A DNA stretch of 64,000 bases from positions 128,001 to 192,000 of the forward strand of contig OY969474.1 in NCBI GenBank assembly GCA_963700145.1, written 5' to 3'. The stretch comes from an uncultured Acidobacteriota bacterium (GTDB taxonomy: Bacteria > Acidobacteriota > Thermoanaerobaculia > Multivoradales > UBA5704). Numbering within the stretch: the first letter of the stretch is position 1; every line of letters starts with the position of its first letter. The translations under genes were made by a program, and so were the position numbers. Positions 19,184-29,167 of the stretch are shown in pieces. The notes beneath the pieces were generated by a model. It had not been told where the DNA came from. It made no database searches and was given only the letters and a program-made list of their open reading frames with translations.

Positions 19184-20737
19184 ATGCGACGGCCCGCCGC
19201 CCGCGCTCTCCTCGCTTTCCTCACGCTTCCCGCCCTGCTCGCCGCGGCGCCGCTCGCCGCCGAGGAGCTGGGCCGCGTCGACTTCCCGACCTCGGCGCGC
19301 TCGCCCGAGGCGCAGCGGCAGTTCCTGCGCGGCCTCGCCGCCCTCCACAGCTTCTGGTACGACGAGGCGGCCGACGCCTTCCGCGCCGCGCGCGCGGCCG
19401 AGCCGGGCTTCGCGCTGGCGCACTGGGGGGAGGCCCTCTCCCACCACCATCCGATCTGGGCCGAGGAGGACCTGGAGGCGTCACGCGCCGCGCTGGCGGC
19501 GCTCGCCCCGACCGCGGCGGAGCGGGCGGCGAAGGCGCCGACCGAGCGCGAGCGGGGCTACCTGGCCGCGGTCGAGACGCTCTTCGGCGACGGCGAACGG
19601 GCGGCGCGCGAGGCCCGCTACGCCGAGGCGATGGAGCGGCACGCCGCGCGCTTCCCCGACGACCTCGAAGCGGCGAGCCTCTGGGCGCTCGCGGTCATCG
19701 CGCCGGCGCTCAACGCCGAGGCCGGCGAGGCGCGGACCCGCGCCCTGGTGCGCGCCGCGGCGCGGCTCGAGGAGCTGTTCGACAGAAACCCCGAGCACCC
19801 CGGCGTCGTCCACTACCTGATCCACGCCTACGACGACCCGACCCACGCGCCGCTCGGGCTGCGCGCGGCGCGGGTCTACGCGCGCGTCGCGCCCGCTGCC
19901 CACCACGCCCTCCACATGCCGTCGCACATCTTCGTCCAGCTCGGGCGCTGGGAGGAGGCAATCGCCTCGAACCAGGCCGCTTGGGCCGCGTCCGCCGCCT
20001 GGGTGGAGCGGCGCGGCATGGCGCCCGACAAGCGCGACTTCCACAGCCTCTCCTGGCTGCACTACGCGCAGCTCCAGCAGGGGCGGGTCGAGGCGGCGCG
20101 AGCGACGCTGGCGATCGCCCGCGCCGCAGCCGCGGAGGCCCCGACGCCGCGGACGGCGAACGCGCTGCGGACGATGGAGGCGCGGCAGCTCGTCGAGGCC
20201 GGCGAGGCGCCGGCGGTGCGGACGGCGGCGGCGGCGGACGGCGCGGCGGCGCCCGCGAAAGGCTCTGGCCCGCACGCCGGGCACGGCGGCGGCGACAGCG
20301 GCCCGCGCGGCGCCGACCTCCTGGCGCGCGGCCTCGCCGCGGCGCGGGCGGGCGACCTCGACGGGGCGGCGGCGATCGAGACCGAGCTCGCGGCGCTGGC
20401 GGCAGAAGCCGGCCCGAGCTATCGCGACCGGCCGCTGCGCATCGCGGCCAAGGAAGTGGCCGGCGTGCTCCGCGTGCGGCAGGGGAAGGTCGAGGAGGGG
20501 CTGGCGCTCCTCGCCGAGGCCGCGGCGCTGGAGGCCGAGATGCCGCCGCCGATGGGGCCGCCGGAGCCGGTCAAGCCTGCCGCCGAGCTGCTCGGCGAGG
20601 CGCTCCTCGACCTCGGCCGCCCGGCCGAGGCCGCCGCGCGCTTCGCCGAAGCGCTCCTGCGCATGCCCAACCGCGCGCTCTCCGTCGCCGGTGCGGCGCG
20701 TGCTACGGCGGCGCTCACTCCGCCGGCGGCGCGCTGA
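19184..20737 (+). CDS. Secreted TPR-containing protein
   Basis: Signal peptide; GLAALHSFWY, HPGVVHYLIHAYD, HALHMPSHIF conserved motifs. Confidence 0.8.
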   Translation: MRRPAARALLAFLTLPALLAAAPLAAEELGRVDFPTSARSPEAQRQFLRGLAALHSFWYDEAADAFRAARAAEPGFALAHWGEALSHHHPIWAEEDLEASRAALAALAPTAAERAAKAPTERERGYLAAVETLFGDGERAAREARYAEAMERHAARFPDDLEAASLWALAVIAPALNAEAGEARTRALVRAAARLEELFDRNPEHPGVVHYLIHAYDDPTHAPLGLRAARVYARVAPAAHHALHMPSHIFVQLGRWEEAIASNQAAWAASAAWVERRGMAPDKRDFHSLSWLHYAQLQQGRVEAARATLAIARAAAAEAPTPRTANALRTMEARQLVEAGEAPAVRTAAAADGAAAPAKGSGPHAGHGGGDSGPRGADLLARGLAAARAGDLDGAAAIETELAALAAEAGPSYRDRPLRIAAKEVAGVLRVRQGKVEEGLALLAEAAALEAEMPPPMGPPEPVKPAAELLGEALLDLGRPAEAAARFAEALLRMPNRALSVAGAARATAALTPPAAR

Positions 20738-22133
20738 GCGCCGGCGGAGGCGGCGGGCCGACCAGCAGCGGCAGGAGCGGCGGCGGCGGCAGGTCGAAGC
20801 ACTTCCCCCAGCGCACCATCTCGGCGAGCGCGCCGCCGTCGTGGGGCAGGCGGCGGCCGCTCCAGTCGACGCACACCTCGCGGCCGCCGGTGTCGCGCAC
20901 CGTCATCAGCATGAACTGCCCGTCGTAGCCGCGCCGGCCGATGCGGTTGGGGTGGACGCCCTCGCTGTACGGCCCCCCCTTGACCGAGCCGCGGCGGTCG
21001 AGCGCGGCGGCGTGGACGACGGGGAAGCCCGGGCCGCCGCCGTTCGCGTAGCCGCTGTGGCTGCCGTCGTCGATCGCCAGCATGTGCGCGTCGCCGGAGA
21101 GGACGAAGAGGTCGTCGATCCGCTCGCGGACGAGGAACTCCGCCAGCTCGCGCCGCTCGGTCGAATAAGCCCCCCAGCCGTCGTTGCGCCGGTCGGCGCC
21201 GCCGATCCAGGCGTTGGTGCTCACCCAGGCCACCAGCTCGCCGGCGTCGCGCGCGGCCAGCAGCTCGCGCTTCCACCACGCCTTCTGCGCCGCGCCCATC
21301 GCGGTCTTGCCGGCGGTGTCCGCGGCGCCGCGCGGCGAGCGCTCGGAGCGCAGGTCGGTGACGACGAAGCGCAGGCGCCCGGCGTGGAAGCTCTGGTAGA
21401 TCGGCACGTCGCCGCGGCCGGCGGCGAGCGGGTAGTGGGGGACGACCTCCTGGTAGACGCGGCGCACGGCGCGCCGCCCGCGGCTGGTGCGGTCGGAGTT
21501 GTTGCCGCCGAAGTCGTGGTCGTCCCAGACGTAGGCGATCGGCAGCGACCGGTAGAGGTGCGCCTGGCGGGGCGCGGTCAGCGCTCGGGCGTAGGCCAGC
21601 CGGTAGACCGACGGATCGTCGGCCGCCAGGTCCTCGTAGTGGAAGTCGCCGAGGTGGAGGAAGAGGAGCGGGTCGAGCTTGCGGATCTCGTCCCACACCC
21701 CGCTGTCGGAGCCGGTGCTGGCGCAGGAGCCGAAGGCGACGGTGAAGGAGGCGGGGCCGGTGGGGAAGGTGCGGAAGCGGCCGCGCCGCGCGAAGTCGAT
21801 CTCGTCGCCGGCGGCGACGGCGTAGTGGTAGAGGGTCGCCGGACGGAGGCCGGTGATGTGAAACGTGACGACGTCGCCCTGGTCGGGGTCGGGCCGCTCC
21901 GGCGGTGAGGCGATGGGGGCGGCGAGGTCCTCGCGCGGGCTGACCAGGAGGCGGACGCTGCGCCCGGCCGCGACCTTCGCCTTGACGGTGGCGCCGTCCG
22001 GCGTCACCGCCCCCGACCAGACCCATTCGACCAGCGACGCCGGCTCCGCCTGCTTCGGCGAGAGCCATGCCGGCAGGCCGCAGCGGCCGAGCGCGGCGGC
22101 GACGAGCGCGGCGGCGAGGAGCGCCCGCGTCAC
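20715..22133 (-). CDS. PhoD-like alkaline phosphatase D
   Basis: AFGSC, LHLGDFHY, WDDHD, DLRSER, LSGDAH; GTG start overlaps the upstream TGA. Confidence 0.9.
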   Translation of the reverse strand: MTRALLAAALVAAALGRCGLPAWLSPKQAEPASLVEWVWSGAVTPDGATVKAKVAAGRSVRLLVSPREDLAAPIASPPERPDPDQGDVVTFHITGLRPATLYHYAVAAGDEIDFARRGRFRTFPTGPASFTVAFGSCASTGSDSGVWDEIRKLDPLLFLHLGDFHYEDLAADDPSVYRLAYARALTAPRQAHLYRSLPIAYVWDDHDFGGNNSDRTSRGRRAVRRVYQEVVPHYPLAAGRGDVPIYQSFHAGRLRFVVTDLRSERSPRGAADTAGKTAMGAAQKAWWKRELLAARDAGELVAWVSTNAWIGGADRRNDGWGAYSTERRELAEFLVRERIDDLFVLSGDAHMLAIDDGSHSGYANGGGPGFPVVHAAALDRRGSVKGGPYSEGVHPNRIGRRGYDGQFMLMTVRDTGGREVCVDWSGRRLPHDGGALAEMVRWGKCFDLPPPPLLPLLVGPPPPPALSAPPAE

Positions 22134-24430
22134 AGGTAGCCGAGCGCGGCGAGGGCGCGCCGCGTCTCCTCGTCCATCGCGGCCCGCTCGGGCCGCAGGC
22201 CGCCGCGGGCGGCCAGCAGCTCGCCGCGCGCCAGCGCCGCGAGCCAGGAGCGGCGCACTGGGTTTGCGTCGGCGAGGTCGCGCCGCTCGCCGGGGTCCGC
22301 TTCGACGTCGAAGAGCCGCGGCCGGCGGCCGGCGGCGACCGGGAGCGGCTGGATCAACTTCCAGCCGCCGGCGGTCACGGCGATGCCGCGGCGCCCTTCG
22401 TAGCTCAGGTGGGAGAAGGCCGGGCGCTCGCGCCAGGGCGTGTCGTCGCCCGCGGCGGCGAGCCGCGCCAGGTCGTCGGCGAGCCGCGCCAGGTCGGCTC
22501 CGGGCAGCTCGGGCGCCGGGCCGAGGCCGGCGGTCGCGAGGAGGGTCGGCACGACGTCGAGCTGCTGCGCCAGGACGGCCAGGCGCCTCCCCGCGCGCTG
22601 CCGCGGGACCTTCACGATCAGGGGGATGCGCAGCGTCTCGGCGTGGAGGTCGTGGGCGTGGCCGAGCGCGCCGCGCTCGTCGAACGCTTCGCCGTGATCG
22701 GCGAGGAGTGCCACGAGGGCGCCGTCGAGCCGCCGGCGCGCGGCGAGCGCGTCGAGCAGGGCGCCGAAGGCGCCGTCGGCGGCCGCCACCTCGGCGTCGT
22801 AGAGGCGCTCGAGGTCGGCGACGCGGCGCGCCCGCTCGGCGCCGCGGGCGGCGTAGGCGGCCTCGACCCCGGCGCGGGTCCCGGCGCGCGGCCGCACCCC
22901 GGGGGCGAAGCGCGCCCGCAGGTCGGCGGGGGGCGTGTAAGGGGCGTGCGGCTCGAGGGCGTGGAGGTAGACGAAGACGGGAGCGCCCGGCGGCTGCGCG
23001 TCGAGCCAGGCGAGGGCGCGGCGGCCGACCTCCTCGGCGCCGGTCTGGCGCGGCAGCTCCGCGAAGAGGTCGAAGCCCTGGGCGAAGCCGGTGGCCTCGG
23101 CGAGGTGCGCGTTGGTGCTGAAGGCCGCGGTGCGGTAGCCGGCGGCACGCAGCCGCTCGGCGAGGGTGACGGCCGCCTCGGGCAGTCGGTCGTCGAGGGT
23201 CGTGACCCCGTGGCGGAGCGGGCCGAGGCCGGTGAAGACGGTGGCGACGGCAGGGCGCGTCCACGGCGCCTGCGCCACCGCCCGCTCGCAGAGGAGCGCG
23301 GAGGCGGCGAAGGCGTCGATCCGCGGCGTCAGCCCACGGCGGCCGCCGTAGGCGCCGAGGCGGTCGGCACGGAGGGCGTCGATCAGGTAGACGAAGAGAT
23401 CGGGTGGACGGGGGGAGCTGGGTAGGGAAGAGATCCGGTTTGCGGCGAGGGTAGGAGCAGGGGAGGAAGACGTCGCGGCGGTCGGCCCCGCTAGCTCCGT
23501 TGTGCCCGACTCGGCTGCGACACGGAGCTCGGGCGCGAAGAGACGCAGGCCACCGCCCGGCGCGCCGTCGCCGGGGAGGGCGCGCAAGACGACCCGCAGC
23601 AAGCGTCCTCCCTCGCCCGGCAGCGGCAGCGCGTGCCCTCGCTGAACGGCATCGCTTCGCGCCACCTCTCTCTCCACCCCGCCCTCTTCCTGCGCGGCGA
23701 CGCTCAGCCACCCGCGGCCGCCCGCGACCTCGACGCGCTCGAAGGCCAGCCTCGCCTCGCCCGCTAGGTCGAAGACGTAGGCGACCTCCGTCCCCCAGGG
23801 CAGGAAGAGGGCGCGCGCGGCGGGCTCCGCGCGCGGCGGCGCTGGCGCCGCCAGCGGCCGCAGCCGCAGGTCGTGCCAGGCGATCGCCAGCCGGCGGCGG
23901 TCCCGCCGCCCGCCCGCGCCGCCGGCCGCCCGCGCTGCCGGCGCGGAGCGGAAGGCGAGGCGGTTCTCGCCGGCGCGGAGCAGCCGGCGCGGCAGGGCGA
24001 AGGAGGCGTCGTGGAGGCCCGGCGCGAGCGCCAGCGTGGCGGCGGGACGCCCGTTGACGAGCACCCTCACGCGCCGCGGCGGCGAGCCGGCGAGCGGCGC
24101 GGCGCGCAGCGTGGCGACGAGGTCGCGCGGCGCGACGAGATGGAAGGCAAGCGTCGAGACGGCCCCGCGCCCCCAGACGAACGTCTCGCCGCCGCGCCCG
24201 CGCTCGTTGCCGTGCCAGCCGGCGAGGAGGTGCGGCCGCGCCGCCGGGGTGCCGAAGTCGATGCGCCCGGTCTCCGCCCGCACCTCGGCGAGGGGGAAGG
24301 CGGCGGTCAGGTCGTGGACGCGCTCCGGAGGAGTGTCGGCGCCGCAGCCGGTGAGCGCAAGGGCGAAGAGTCCCCCCGCCCAGATCCCTCGCTGCGCTCG
24401 GGATGACAATCGTTGCAGCGCTCGTTGCAA
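22130..24430 (-). CDS. Sulfatase-like hydrolase lipoprotein
   Basis: IDALRAD, QAPWTRPAVATVFTG, EPHAPY, LADHGE; lipobox LTGC; start uncertain (TTG 24430 or 24409). Confidence 0.8.
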   Translation of the reverse strand: MQRALQRLSSRAQRGIWAGGLFALALTGCGADTPPERVHDLTAAFPLAEVRAETGRIDFGTPAARPHLLAGWHGNERGRGGETFVWGRGAVSTLAFHLVAPRDLVATLRAAPLAGSPPRRVRVLVNGRPAATLALAPGLHDASFALPRRLLRAGENRLAFRSAPAARAAGGAGGRRDRRRLAIAWHDLRLRPLAAPAPPRAEPAARALFLPWGTEVAYVFDLAGEARLAFERVEVAGGRGWLSVAAQEEGGVEREVARSDAVQRGHALPLPGEGGRLLRVVLRALPGDGAPGGGLRLFAPELRVAAESGTTELAGPTAATSSSPAPTLAANRISSLPSSPRPPDLFVYLIDALRADRLGAYGGRRGLTPRIDAFAASALLCERAVAQAPWTRPAVATVFTGLGPLRHGVTTLDDRLPEAAVTLAERLRAAGYRTAAFSTNAHLAEATGFAQGFDLFAELPRQTGAEEVGRRALAWLDAQPPGAPVFVYLHALEPHAPYTPPADLRARFAPGVRPRAGTRAGVEAAYAARGAERARRVADLERLYDAEVAAADGAFGALLDALAARRRLDGALVALLADHGEAFDERGALGHAHDLHAETLRIPLIVKVPRQRAGRRLAVLAQQLDVVPTLLATAGLGPAPELPGADLARLADDLARLAAAGDDTPWRERPAFSHLSYEGRRGIAVTAGGWKLIQPLPVAAGRRPRLFDVEADPGERRDLADANPVRRSWLAALARGELLAARGGLRPERAAMDEETRRALAALGYL
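24372..24409 (-). repeat. REP-like family 1, single arm
   Basis: TTGTCATCCCGAGCGCAGCGAGGGATCTGGGCGGGGGG on the minus strand. Confidence 0.85.
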
Positions 24431-24434
24431 CCCA

Positions 24435-25247
24435 CTACAGCTTCTTCAGCAGCTCGCGCCAGCGCTCCCAGGCCTTGGTCCGGGCCTCGCGGTCGGCGGG
24501 GGGGCCGTCGGGCGTCTCGCCCGAGCGCATGAAGCCGTGCCCGGCGCCCTCGTAGATCACCGGCTCGAAGGTCTTGCCCGCCGCCTTCGTCAGCTCGGTC
24601 GACTTGGGGATCGTGGCGTTGACCCGCTCGTCGTTGCCGCCGTAGAAGCCGTGGACCGGCACGGCGATGCCGTCCACACCCTCCGGCGTGTCCGGGCCGG
24701 TGCCGTAGAAGGGGTAGGCCCCCGCCAGCTTGCCGCCGCGATGGTCGGCGAAGCGCCAGGTCGCCGCGCCGCCCCAGCAGAAGCCGGCCACGGCCACCTT
24801 GCCGCTGGCGGCGGGGAGGGCGGCGACGTAGTCGGCGACGGCGTCGAGGTCGCGCAGCACCTGGTCCGGCGGCAGCTTGTAGATCCCCTCGCGCGCGGCG
24901 TCCTCGCTCGGATAGTCGGAGGTTTTGCCACCCCCCGGCGCGGTGCCCGAAAGGAGGTCGGGGGCGATGGCGATGTAGCCGGCCGCCGCGAGCTGGTCGG
25001 CGACGCCGCGCACCCAGTCGGTGAGGCCGCGGTTCTCGTGGATGACGATCACGGCCGCCGCCTTGCCCGCGACCTCGGGGAAGGCGAGGTAGGCGTGGAC
25101 GGTCCGGTCGCCGGCCTTGACCGCCACCCACTCGTGGTGGCGCGGCGAGGTCTCGAGGCGCGACTTGCCGTTCTCGTCGGCGTCGCAGGCGACGGCGGCG
25201 AAGAGCGCGAAGGTGAACGTGGCGAAAGCGGAGAGAGCGGTTTTCAT
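24435..25247 (-). CDS. Dienelactone hydrolase family protein (secreted)
   Basis: IHENRGL, GFCWGG nucleophile, YEGAGHGF; RBS GAGGAGG. Confidence 0.92.
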   Translation of the reverse strand: MKTALSAFATFTFALFAAVACDADENGKSRLETSPRHHEWVAVKAGDRTVHAYLAFPEVAGKAAAVIVIHENRGLTDWVRGVADQLAAAGYIAIAPDLLSGTAPGGGKTSDYPSEDAAREGIYKLPPDQVLRDLDAVADYVAALPAASGKVAVAGFCWGGAATWRFADHRGGKLAGAYPFYGTGPDTPEGVDGIAVPVHGFYGGNDERVNATIPKSTELTKAAGKTFEPVIYEGAGHGFMRSGETPDGPPADREARTKAWERWRELLKKL

Positions 25248-25318
25248 GGGCGTCCTCCTCGGCAGCGGTATCACGGGCCGCTCATTCTAGCGGACGCTCC
25301 CGCGGCGAGCGTTCGCGA

Positions 25319-27274
25319 TCAGGGCCGCGTGAGGAGGAACAGCCCACCTCCTCCTCCGGTCACGGCGTAGACGTCGCGCGGCCGGCCGGAATCGAGGACC
25401 AGGGCGGTGGCCGCGGAGGAGGGGAGCGGCGCCCCGCCGAGCAGCGTCCAAGTCGCACCCTCGTCGTCGCTGGCGTGGACCTCGCCGAATGCCGAGGCGA
25501 CGAAGAAGGTTCGGGGAAGGGTGACGCTGACGGCCAGGACGCGCGCCCATTCGAAGAGCGGATGCGGCGCCCCGAGCGGCGACCAGGTCCTGGCGCGGTC
25601 CTGGCTCGCGAACGCGCCCACGCCGTCGATCGACGGCCGCAGCGCGTAGAGCGTGCCGGGTTGGTGGGGGTCGCCTTCGAGGTCCTCGAGCGAGTGCGGG
25701 CTGCTCGCCCGGCGTGCCCAGGTGGCGCCGGCGTCGGTGCTGGTGTACACCGTTTCGCCCGTCAGCGCGTGAACGGTCTCGGGCTCACCGACGTCGAAGG
25801 CGAAGTCGAGGACCGCCACGCCGGGGATCGGCAGGTCGAGGCGCGTCCAGCTCGCGGCGCCGTCCTCGCTGCGGAAGAGCGCGTGCTCGGGGTGCCGGCC
25901 CTCCGGGTCCGGCACGTCGATCCAGCCCGCGGCGAGCAGGAAATCCGGGACCATGGGATGGGCCGCCAGGCGCTCGATCACGTGCCCTTCCAGCCCCTCG
26001 CCGGCGGCCTCCCAGGTCGTTCCGTCGTCCACGCTCTTGTGGACGCCGCCGTGACTCCCCACGTAGATCTCACCCGGCCGCCACGGCGCGAAGACGATCG
26101 TGTAGATGCGGAACGTGGCGCGGCGCAGCTCCTCGGAGAGGCGGGTCCAGGTGAGGCCCCGGTCGCGGCTCTCCGAGAGGCCGTCGTGGGCGGCGAGGAG
26201 CCGCCCCGGCGTGAAGGGGTCGACCGCGGCGGCGAACACGTAGGACGCGCGCAGGCCGTGGTCGGAGGGCCGCCAGGTGCCGCCGCCGTCGGCGCTGCGC
26301 AGGACGCCGCTCGCTCCGAGGCCGGCGTAGAGGCGGGCGGGATGGAGCGGATCGACCGCCACCGCGAAGACCACCTCGGTGAAGCGCAGGCGCTTCCAGC
26401 TCGCGCCGCCATCGCGGCTGCGGAAGAGCTCGCCGACCTGGCCGTGGCCCGAACGCCGCAGCACGCCCGCGTAGAGCATCGCCGGGTTGGACGGGTCGAA
26501 CGCGGGCACCACGTTGTCGAGTCCTTCTCCCATCCCCTTCACGGCGGGCGCCCAACTCGCGCCGCCGTCGCGGCTCCTGAAGAGGCCCCCGTTGCCGAAA
26601 CCGCCGAAGGCCGCGAACAGCACCTTCGGCTGCCGCGGATCGATGAGCAGCGTGTGAACGCCGAAAGGGAACCCTGTGCCGATGCGCGTCCACGTCGCGC
26701 CGCCGTCGCGGCTGCGAAAGAGACGCAGAAAGGTCGCGGCATAGACCAGGTCCGGATCGCTCGGGTGGAAGGCGACGGCGCCGGCGTGGTCCTCGAGGGG
26801 AGTGCGGGACCAGCTCGCGCCGCCGTCGAGGCTCCGCCAGAGCCCGCCGAAGTCGGTGGCGTAGAGCCGCTGCGGTGCGGCGGGTGGGAGGTACAGCCGC
26901 TGCAGCCCTTCCGGGGCGCTCATCGGGGTGAAGGTCGCGCCGCGATCGAGACTCTTGAAGAGCCCGGCCGAGGGCGAGAGCGCCCAGATCGTCCGCGGCC
27001 GGCGCGCGTGCACCGCCACCGTGAAGTCCGTAGCGCGAGGCAGCGGCGCCCGCGTCCAGCTCCGGCCGGCGTCGATCGAGCGAAAGATCCCGTTGCCGGT
27101 CTCGGCGAAGACGGTGCCCGCGGTATCTGCGGCGACCGCGAGCCCGAAGACCCGCCCGCCGAAGGGACCGGCGGCGGTCCAGCGGTCCAGGCCCGCGGCG
27201 GCGGGGCGCGGAGCGAGCGCGGCGAGGAGGAGCGGCAGGGCGAAGGGGAGGAGACGGCGGCGATCGTGCGGCAT
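25319..27274 (-). CDS. Secreted BNR/Asp-box beta-propeller (VPS10/YVTN-like) protein
   Basis: Many S.DGG.[ST]W repeats; signal peptide. Confidence 0.85.
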   Translation of the reverse strand: MPHDRRRLLPFALPLLLAALAPRPAAAGLDRWTAAGPFGGRVFGLAVAADTAGTVFAETGNGIFRSIDAGRSWTRAPLPRATDFTVAVHARRPRTIWALSPSAGLFKSLDRGATFTPMSAPEGLQRLYLPPAAPQRLYATDFGGLWRSLDGGASWSRTPLEDHAGAVAFHPSDPDLVYAATFLRLFRSRDGGATWTRIGTGFPFGVHTLLIDPRQPKVLFAAFGGFGNGGLFRSRDGGASWAPAVKGMGEGLDNVVPAFDPSNPAMLYAGVLRRSGHGQVGELFRSRDGGASWKRLRFTEVVFAVAVDPLHPARLYAGLGASGVLRSADGGGTWRPSDHGLRASYVFAAAVDPFTPGRLLAAHDGLSESRDRGLTWTRLSEELRRATFRIYTIVFAPWRPGEIYVGSHGGVHKSVDDGTTWEAAGEGLEGHVIERLAAHPMVPDFLLAAGWIDVPDPEGRHPEHALFRSEDGAASWTRLDLPIPGVAVLDFAFDVGEPETVHALTGETVYTSTDAGATWARRASSPHSLEDLEGDPHQPGTLYALRPSIDGVGAFASQDRARTWSPLGAPHPLFEWARVLAVSVTLPRTFFVASAFGEVHASDDEGATWTLLGGAPLPSSAATALVLDSGRPRDVYAVTGGGGGLFLLTRP

Positions 27275-27383
27275 TGTGCAGTTCCTACGGCGCGGCGGTG
27301 GCCTGCCGTCTAACCGCTATACTGCGCAAAAGATTGCACACCGCGCCGGTCCGCCCCGAGGGGAGACCGCAGGGAGCTTCCGG

Positions 27384-29000
27384 ATGGAGGGCCGCGAGCT
27401 CACCGACCGCTACCGCCTCGAGAAGATCCTCAAATCGACGCCGGCGACGACCGTGATGGCGGCGGTGGAGGCGGCGAGCGGGCGGCCGGTGGTCATCAAG
27501 CTGGTGCACCCGCGCTCTGCGGCGGGGCTGGACGTGGCGCGCTCGCGCTTCGCGCACTGGGCCGCGACGGTCCGCGCGCTCTCCCAGCCGGCGTTCCCGG
27601 CGATCCTGGAGGCCGGCTTCGACGCCGAGGGGAGCGCCTTCCTGGTCGTCGAGAGGCTGTCCGGCCGCAGCTTCGATACGGCGCCGCCGTCGCCCGGCCG
27701 CGCGGCGGCGCTCCTCGTCGGCATCGGCGAAGCGCTCGCCCCCCTCGCCAAGCGCGGGCTCGCCCACGGCAACCTCGCCGCCGACAACCTCTGGCTGGCG
27801 CCGGCCCCACAGGGCGGCGAGGAGGTGAAGCTCCTCGGGCTCGGCACCGCGCCCTTCCGCGGCGACGAGTTCGGCGAGGCCGCCATCGCCGCCGATGCCG
27901 CGGCCCTCGCCGACCTGCGCGAGCGATTCGCCCCGGCGGACGCGGTCGCGGCGGAAGCGGCGGCCGCAGCGGCTGCCGAGGCGGCCGCCGACGCCGAGAA
28001 CGCGCCAATCGACGGTGAGCCGGAGGAGGAGGTGCTCTCGCCGGTCGACGAGGAGATCCTCCACGCCCCGCCCGAGCCGCCGCCGATGCCGGTTGCGCCC
28101 GCCGCTGCCGCGCCGGCGCCGCCTCCGGTCGAGCCGGAGACCGCGCCGGGCCTGCCGCGGGCGCTCTGGGGCGGCCTCGCGGCGGCGGCCGTGGTCGTGC
28201 TGGTCGGGTTGGCCTTTCTTCTCCTCGGTCGCGGCGAGCCGCCGCCGGCGCGCGCGGCCGCCGTGCCCGCCCCTGCCGTGCCGGCGCCGCGCGGTCCCGG
28301 GCCGGACGACCTGGTCCTCGCCGGCGACGGCGCTCACGTCCGCGAGTGGGCGGCGGCGCACTTCGAAGCGCGCGCCGAGGAGGGGGCCCGCGCCGGCGAC
28401 TACGCCGCCGCGTTGGCGGCGCTCGGCACGGTCGAGAGCGGCTGGCCGGCGCGGCCTGGGCTCGCCGCCCGGCTCGCGGCGCTGCGCGACCACCGGGACG
28501 CCGAGCCGGCGCAGCAGGCCTTCCTCGAAACGCTGCCGGGCTTCGAGCGGCGGCGGAAGCCGGACGAAGGGCTGGCGGAGCTGGCGCGCGTCGAGCCGAC
28601 GCCGCACCTGGCACCGGCCTTCGCCGAGGCGCGCCGGCGGCTGGAGGAGCAGCTCGCCGCCCTCGACCGCGAGCCGCCGGTCGTCGAGCTGCGCGAGGGG
28701 TACCTCTTGCAATACGCGCGCGGCACCGTCGCCGAGCTGAGCTTCCGCGCCCGCGACGACTACGGCGTCGAGCGGGTGCGGATCTTCGCCCGCCCACCGG
28801 GAGGCTCGTTCCGCGAGCTGCGGGCCGAGCGCGACTCCTTCGGCCATACCGTGGCGATCGGCCCCGACTTCCACGGCAACGGCACGGTCGGCGTCTACGT
28901 CGTCGCCATCGACGTCTCCGGCCACGAAGGGCGGCTCGGCAGCCGCGAGCGCCCGCTCGAGCTCCGCCGCACGGAAGGGTTCGAGCGGATGGTCCATTGA
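27384..29000 (+). CDS. Membrane-anchored Ser/Thr kinase-like protein (probable pseudokinase)
   Basis: DRYRLEKIL, VVIK, HGNLAADN, VKLLGLG; Pro/Ala linker, TM helix, external domain. Confidence 0.7.
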   Translation: MEGRELTDRYRLEKILKSTPATTVMAAVEAASGRPVVIKLVHPRSAAGLDVARSRFAHWAATVRALSQPAFPAILEAGFDAEGSAFLVVERLSGRSFDTAPPSPGRAAALLVGIGEALAPLAKRGLAHGNLAADNLWLAPAPQGGEEVKLLGLGTAPFRGDEFGEAAIAADAAALADLRERFAPADAVAAEAAAAAAAEAAADAENAPIDGEPEEEVLSPVDEEILHAPPEPPPMPVAPAAAAPAPPPVEPETAPGLPRALWGGLAAAAVVVLVGLAFLLLGRGEPPPARAAAVPAPAVPAPRGPGPDDLVLAGDGAHVREWAAAHFEARAEEGARAGDYAAALAALGTVESGWPARPGLAARLAALRDHRDAEPAQQAFLETLPGFERRRKPDEGLAELARVEPTPHLAPAFAEARRRLEEQLAALDREPPVVELREGYLLQYARGTVAELSFRARDDYGVERVRIFARPPGGSFRELRAERDSFGHTVAIGPDFHGNGTVGVYVVAIDVSGHEGRLGSRERPLELRRTEGFERMVH

Positions 29001-29091
29001 TGTCATCCCGAGCGAAGCCGAGGGATCTGGGCGGGGGAGCGCAATGCATGCCTTCCCGCCCCCAGATTCCTCGGCTGCGCTCGGAATGACA
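29001..29091. repeat. REP-like family 1, full inverted pair
   Basis: tgtcatcccgagcgaagccgagggatctggg...cccagattcctcggctgcgctcggaatgaca. Confidence 0.9.
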
Positions 29092-29098
29092 AAGCAAC

Positions 29099-29114
29099 TG
29101 GCACACCTCTTGCG
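29099..29114 (+). promoter_or_regulatory. Sigma-54 (-24/-12) promoter
   Basis: TGGCACACCTCTTGCG: GG-N10-GC with consensus flanks, 54 nt upstream of ATG 29168. Confidence 0.8.
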
Positions 29115-29167
29115 ACCTCGACCAGCCGGGTGCAACGGGAAGCTCACGCGAACCAAGGGAGATCGAG

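Noticed and set aside
16150-20928. 1592-aa ORF and similar very long Arg/Ala/Gly-rich ORFs (e.g. 10467-14282, 44451-47957, 49003-52185)
   Set aside because: Shadow frames of real genes in high-GC DNA; no domain motifs
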